Virus record (IMG/VR): IMGVR_UViG_3300035498_000327
Coordinates: 8,708-72,707 of that record
DNA from: a virus
Taxonomy: Duplodnaviria > Caudoviricetes
Reading direction: 5' to 3' (one strand)
Length of the DNA stretch: 64,000 bases
Positions 59,865 through 64,000 of the stretch are shown here, piece by piece. The notes beneath the pieces are model-generated. The model did no database searches, was not told the origin of the DNA, and worked only from the letters and a program-made list of their open reading frames with translations. Both the position numbers and the translations under genes were made by a program. The stretch's first letter is position 1. The number at the start of each line of letters is the position of its first letter.

Positions 59865-62759
59865 GTGGTTAAAATGGCAAGTAAGAAAACCAAAGTAGAA
59901 GACACATCTAAGAAGGAAGAGAATAGCAGAATACTAGAACAAGGTGTATTGCATAGCTACGAACAAGACATGGTAAAGTATTCTATCATAGTAGACAGAA
60001 GAAGATCTCTTCCAGAAGATAGAGATGGGTTAAAGCCAGTGCAGAGACGTGTTATATATGACATGTTTAAGCAACATGCTACATCATTTGGAAAGAGAAT
60101 CAAGTCTTCAGCCATAGTTGGAGACACTATGAAGCAATTCCATGCACATTCGGATTGTCTAGATGGCGATACAGTCATATTAGATACAGATAGGAAGATT
60201 CATACGATAAAAGAGTTGTATGAGAACAATGTTCAATCGCTTAACGTATACTCGATTGAGCCTTGGACTGGGCAAATAATGAAAGCTGTGGCTACTAATT
60301 TCCGTATAGGTCAGTACACAGATAAGAAGTATCATATCGAACTAGAGAATGGTAGAGAGATAGTATGTACTTCTAATCATCCGATTATGTTGTATAATAG
60401 GATTTATAAGCAGGCTCAAGATATTGTTCCTGGTATGAAACTTATCTCAGCTACAATGAAAGAAGAAATAGATTCTTTTGCACCACCTATAGAAGTGAAA
60501 TGTGTATATATTGAGCTAGTTGATAATGAGCCAATGTATGACTTCACAGTTGAGGGCCCAGAGAATATGCTTATTCCGATAGGAATTGTGAAGTATGGAT
60601 TCTTTCCTATGGTTTGTGTCCATAACAGTTCTATCTATGGAACAATGGAACCTCTAGCTAACTGGTTTAAGTGTAAAGTTCCATTGATAGCTCCTAAAGG
60701 AAACTGGGGTACATTGATGGGTGATGGTCCTGCCGCTATGCGTTATACAGAGGCAGGATTATCTGAGTTTGGAATGGATTGTGTTATAGGAGAACTTAAG
60801 GATACTGACAACACAGTAGATTGGATTCCAAACTATGACAGAAAGACTATGGAACCGGAGTATCTTCCAGTGAAAGTTCCACTGTTACTTATCAATGGTA
60901 CATTTGGTATTGGTGTAGGAATGGGTGTTAATATCCCACCACATAACCTTGTAGAGGTAATCAATGAGACTAGAGCTGTAATCAGAGATCCTAACCATGA
61001 AGTAGTATTAGTACCAGACCATTGTATGCCTTGTAATATCATTGAAACAGATTTCAGAGAGATTTGTAGATCTGGCAGTGGAAGATATAGAGTTAGAGGC
61101 TTAGTAGATACGGCAGATCATAATGGTGAACCAGCTATCATTGTAAGGTCTTTGCCAGATGGTATAACTACTGATGTAGTAGTATCTAAGTTGCTTGATC
61201 TTGTAGAGAAGAAGCAGCTGCCAATGATTAAAGATATCTCTGATGCCTCTACAAACAACGGTGTAGAGATCATTATCCAGCTTAAGAAGGGTAGTGATGT
61301 AGGATATGTAAAGGAAGTACTCTATGCTAAGACTAAGGTACAGGATACTGTATCTGTAAACTTCATGGTAGTGCATGGGGTGAATCCGAAGAGAATGTCC
61401 TATACAGAGTATATCCAAGAGTTCTTAAAGCTAAGAGCTACAACTAAATTTCGCTTATACTGCAACAAGTTACAGATAAATCTAACCAGATATCATCAAC
61501 TTATCGCATACATCAAGTTACTCGAATCCGGCGAGATTGATAACGTAATAGATATGGTCCGGAAGCAAAATCATATCGATGACGAGTATTTGATTGAGTA
61601 TCTGATTAAGAAAGTCGGTGTTACTGACTTGCAGGCTAAGTTCATACTTGGTACAGACATCAGAAAGTTGTCTAAAGGGTATTTGAACAAGTATAAAGCG
61701 GAGTTTAACGAACTGGTAAAGGAGCAAGCTGTCTATGAGAAAGCTGTTACTGACGATGGAACTCTTATCATGAGCGAAATCGATAAGGAGCTTGAGGAGA
61801 TAGCTAATAAGTATGGCAAACCTAGAGTATGTAAAGTAATCAAGGCTACTGACGACAACAACATTCCTAGAGGAACCTTTAAGGTAGTAATCACAGAAGG
61901 TAACTACGTAAGAAAGATTCCGGATACAGACAAGGTTGGTATAGTCAGAAAGGACAATCCTAAGTTCATACTTAGAGTAGACAATGCTGAGAATATCCTT
62001 ATCTTTGATAATAAGGGTAAGGTATTCAAGTTACCAGTTTACAAGATACCAGTAACAGATAAGTCCAGTGCTGGTACAGACATAAGAGTATTACAGAAGA
62101 ACCTTACGGCTAATGTAATCTCTGTTCTGTATGAGCCAGTGCTTAAGAAGATAGCAGAAGGTCCTCGTAAACACTATCTTACGGTAGTAACGAAGAACAA
62201 CTCTATCAAGAAGCTTGATATTGAGGACTTCCTAACTGTGAATGTGTCTGGCCTTATGTATTCTAAGGTAGCAGATGACGACGAAGTAGCAGACGTAGCC
62301 TTAGTTCCTATAGACCTGGACGTAATCATATACTCAGGTCACAAGGCTTTAAGATGTACTACTAAGAGCTTACCTCTGTTTAAGCGGAATGCCGCAGGAA
62401 GCAAAGCTATGAATACTAAAGACTTCATTGGTGGCTTATCTGTGATCTATCCAGATGCGAATAACATTGTTGTCATTACAAACAGTGGTAAGATCAACAG
62501 ATTCCCTTCTGAGGGATTAGCTACAACAGACAGAGCTAAGGGTGGTTCTGCAGTGATAAAGCTTGACCATTCAGATTCTATCTTCTCCATATACGGAGTA
62601 AGCGATAATGATATCATCAGGGTCGTTACATCAGATGGAGTCCAGGAGATTCACGTATCAGATGTTCCATTAGGCAGCTCAGTCATGAAAGGAACAAAGA
62701 TGATCAATCTTAAGTCATGTAATATCATTAGAACAGACATTCTTAAAGGAATCGGCTAA
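59865..62759 (+). CDS. gyrA: type IIA topoisomerase/gyrase A subunit with intein
   Basis: DGLKPVQRR, catalytic AAMRYTE, GIGVGM..IPPHNL, C-terminal pinwheel-like repeats. Confidence 0.92.
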   Translation: MVKMASKKTKVEDTSKKEENSRILEQGVLHSYEQDMVKYSIIVDRRRSLPEDRDGLKPVQRRVIYDMFKQHATSFGKRIKSSAIVGDTMKQFHAHSDCLDGDTVILDTDRKIHTIKELYENNVQSLNVYSIEPWTGQIMKAVATNFRIGQYTDKKYHIELENGREIVCTSNHPIMLYNRIYKQAQDIVPGMKLISATMKEEIDSFAPPIEVKCVYIELVDNEPMYDFTVEGPENMLIPIGIVKYGFFPMVCVHNSSIYGTMEPLANWFKCKVPLIAPKGNWGTLMGDGPAAMRYTEAGLSEFGMDCVIGELKDTDNTVDWIPNYDRKTMEPEYLPVKVPLLLINGTFGIGVGMGVNIPPHNLVEVINETRAVIRDPNHEVVLVPDHCMPCNIIETDFREICRSGSGRYRVRGLVDTADHNGEPAIIVRSLPDGITTDVVVSKLLDLVEKKQLPMIKDISDASTNNGVEIIIQLKKGSDVGYVKEVLYAKTKVQDTVSVNFMVVHGVNPKRMSYTEYIQEFLKLRATTKFRLYCNKLQINLTRYHQLIAYIKLLESGEIDNVIDMVRKQNHIDDEYLIEYLIKKVGVTDLQAKFILGTDIRKLSKGYLNKYKAEFNELVKEQAVYEKAVTDDGTLIMSEIDKELEEIANKYGKPRVCKVIKATDDNNIPRGTFKVVITEGNYVRKIPDTDKVGIVRKDNPKFILRVDNAENILIFDNKGKVFKLPVYKIPVTDKSSAGTDIRVLQKNLTANVISVLYEPVLKKIAEGPRKHYLTVVTKNNSIKKLDIEDFLTVNVSGLMYSKVADDDEVADVALVPIDLDVIIYSGHKALRCTTKSLPLFKRNAAGSKAMNTKDFIGGLSVIYPDANNIVVITNSGKINRFPSEGLATTDRAKGGSAVIKLDHSDSIFSIYGVSDNDIIRVVTSDGVQEIHVSDVPLGSSVMKGTKMINLKSCNIIRTDILKGIG
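60156..60626 (+). mobile_element. mini-intein (157 aa) in GyrA
   Basis: starts CLDGDT, ends MYDFTV...CVHN, +1 Ser; removal restores HAHSD-SSIYG; no endonuclease motifs. Confidence 0.92.
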
Positions 62760-62768
62760 ATGTTGAAT

Positions 62769-62795
62769 GAGGTGTACTCTATATGGGTACACCTC
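62769..62795 (+). terminator. terminator-like hairpin
   Basis: GAGGTGTAC / GTACACCTC. Confidence 0.6.
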
Positions 62796-62838
62796 TATCT
62801 TCACCAAAAGAGGTTTATTTTTTCTTTACTAGCACCTG

Positions 62839-62850
62839 AACAGATACTTA
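62839..62850 (+). promoter_or_regulatory. late-type promoter AACA-N6-TA
   Basis: AACA GATACT TA(A). Confidence 0.55.
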
Positions 62851-62856
62851 ATAACT

Positions 62857-63195
62857 ATGTGTAGGAGGAGAAGAACAATGGAAATGAGGAACTGTGAAAC
62901 ATGCATACATCAAAGTGTATGCAAATATTTTGATGATTTATGGTCCATCAGGTATGATATGCTTAATCAGCCATCTTCTAAAAATATTAATAAAACTTGG
63001 GGAAGATTAGTCCAGGAAGCTCATGGAGAGATAACTATAAGTTGTAAAAACTATAACCGGAAGAGAACCGGGGAATATGAATACGACAGGTTAACTGAAA
63101 AGATGGAAGAAGAGGAGAAGCAAAAACAAACACTACAACAGAATAACAATGTTCCTAAAACAACTGTTGTCAATGGTTTTGCTCAAAATATATAA
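62857..63195 (+). CDS. small Cys-containing hypothetical protein
   Basis: CETC..QSVC; start probably MEMRNC. Confidence 0.6.
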   Translation: MCRRRRTMEMRNCETCIHQSVCKYFDDLWSIRYDMLNQPSSKNINKTWGRLVQEAHGEITISCKNYNRKRTGEYEYDRLTEKMEEEEKQKQTLQQNNNVPKTTVVNGFAQNI

Positions 63196-63209
63196 GGAGG
63201 TTACAAATT

Positions 63210-64000
63210 ATGGCAAGTGGATTTAAGTTAATGGACTCATTCAGAGCACAGATTAAGAAGATGAAGACAAACGGTATCGACTCTAAGGCAGAGTTTGATA
63301 TCGGTTATCCTACTGGATTCTTGTCTCTTGACTTCTTGAATGGATGTGTTATCACGTAGAAACAGAAGAGATAAATATGAGCTACAATAGTATCGGCATT
63401 ATTGATGGCTCAGCAAATACATTCATTGGTAGGTCAGGGTGTGGTAAGTCTACATTCATTATGCAGACCGCTTCCAATATCGTTAGACCATATCCAATGG
63501 GTAAACTCTACATAGATGATATCGAAGGCTCTCTTCCTCAGTACAGAAAGGAAGTACTTATCGGATTCTCTAAAGAAGAGTTTGCAGACAGAGTAGATAT
63601 CCGGAACACTGGAATCACAACAGAGAATGTGTATCAGAGAATCAAACTGATACACGATTTGAAGCTTCAGAACAGAAGTGAGTTCGAGTACGATACCGGC
63701 TTATATGATACAGACGGACACAGAATCTTTAAGCTCCAGCCTACAGCATATGTCATCGACTCTATTCCAATGCTTATGCCAGAGGATATAGCAAGTGAAG
63801 ACGAGATAAGCATCGGAATGGGGGCAGCTTCCATTGCTAAGATGAATACACAGCTTGTTAAGAAGATTAGTCAATTGCTTAAGGAAACCAATATCATTCT
63901 GTTCAGTATCAATCACATTCTGGACGATATCCAGATCAATCCTTTCCAGAAGAAGCAGGCTACTGTAGCTGGATTAAAGGAAGGCGAGAGATTACCTGGA
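63210..64000 (+). CDS. recA: RecA/UvsX-like recombinase, partial, with apparent -1 frameshift near 63353
   Basis: frame 1 MASGF...YPTGFLSLD stops at 63357-63359; shifted frame carries GRSGCGKST, YVIDSI and INHI and is open to the window end. Confidence 0.8.

Noticed and set aside
1-64000. Stop-codon reassignment (TAG to Gln) as in some gut phages
   Set aside because: Long genes are intact under the standard code, several end in TAG followed by terminators, and TAG readthrough in recA would hit TAA four codons later.
1-64000. tRNA, rRNA, reverse transcriptase, integrase or transposase genes
   Set aside because: No cloverleaf, rRNA-like sequence, YxDD RT motif or recombinase motif was recognised in this window.

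Overview
This window is part of a large, AT-rich jumbo phage genome of the phiKZ/AR9 type (multisubunit RNAP-encoding). Strong AAGGAGG ribosome-binding sites suggest a Firmicutes host. It encodes a chaperonin, a candidate sigma-like nvRNAP subunit, primase, major capsid protein, prohead protease, family-B DNA polymerase, lytic transglycosylase, tubulin/FtsZ, PD-(D/E)xK nuclease, SbcD, DnaB, an RNAP beta' C-terminal subunit, an SF2 helicase, an RNAP beta C-terminal small subunit, a Dda-like helicase, GyrB, GyrA and the start of RecA/UvsX. Features not captured by the ORF track: three ORF-less group I introns (two flanking a 23-nt micro-exon in DNA pol, one in gyrB), a GyrA mini-intein, two recurrent promoter motifs (AACA-N6-TAA, matching the AR9 late promoter, and ATAWAYTATA), and a candidate sRNA. 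The most striking element is an array of five start-less, out-of-frame cassettes (40072-41028). Each encodes the WWLR...VP variable segment typical of C-type-lectin-fold DGR targets, and their variation is concentrated at adenine positions. No reverse transcriptase or full-length target gene lies in the window. All product calls come from motifs recognised by eye, not from database searches.
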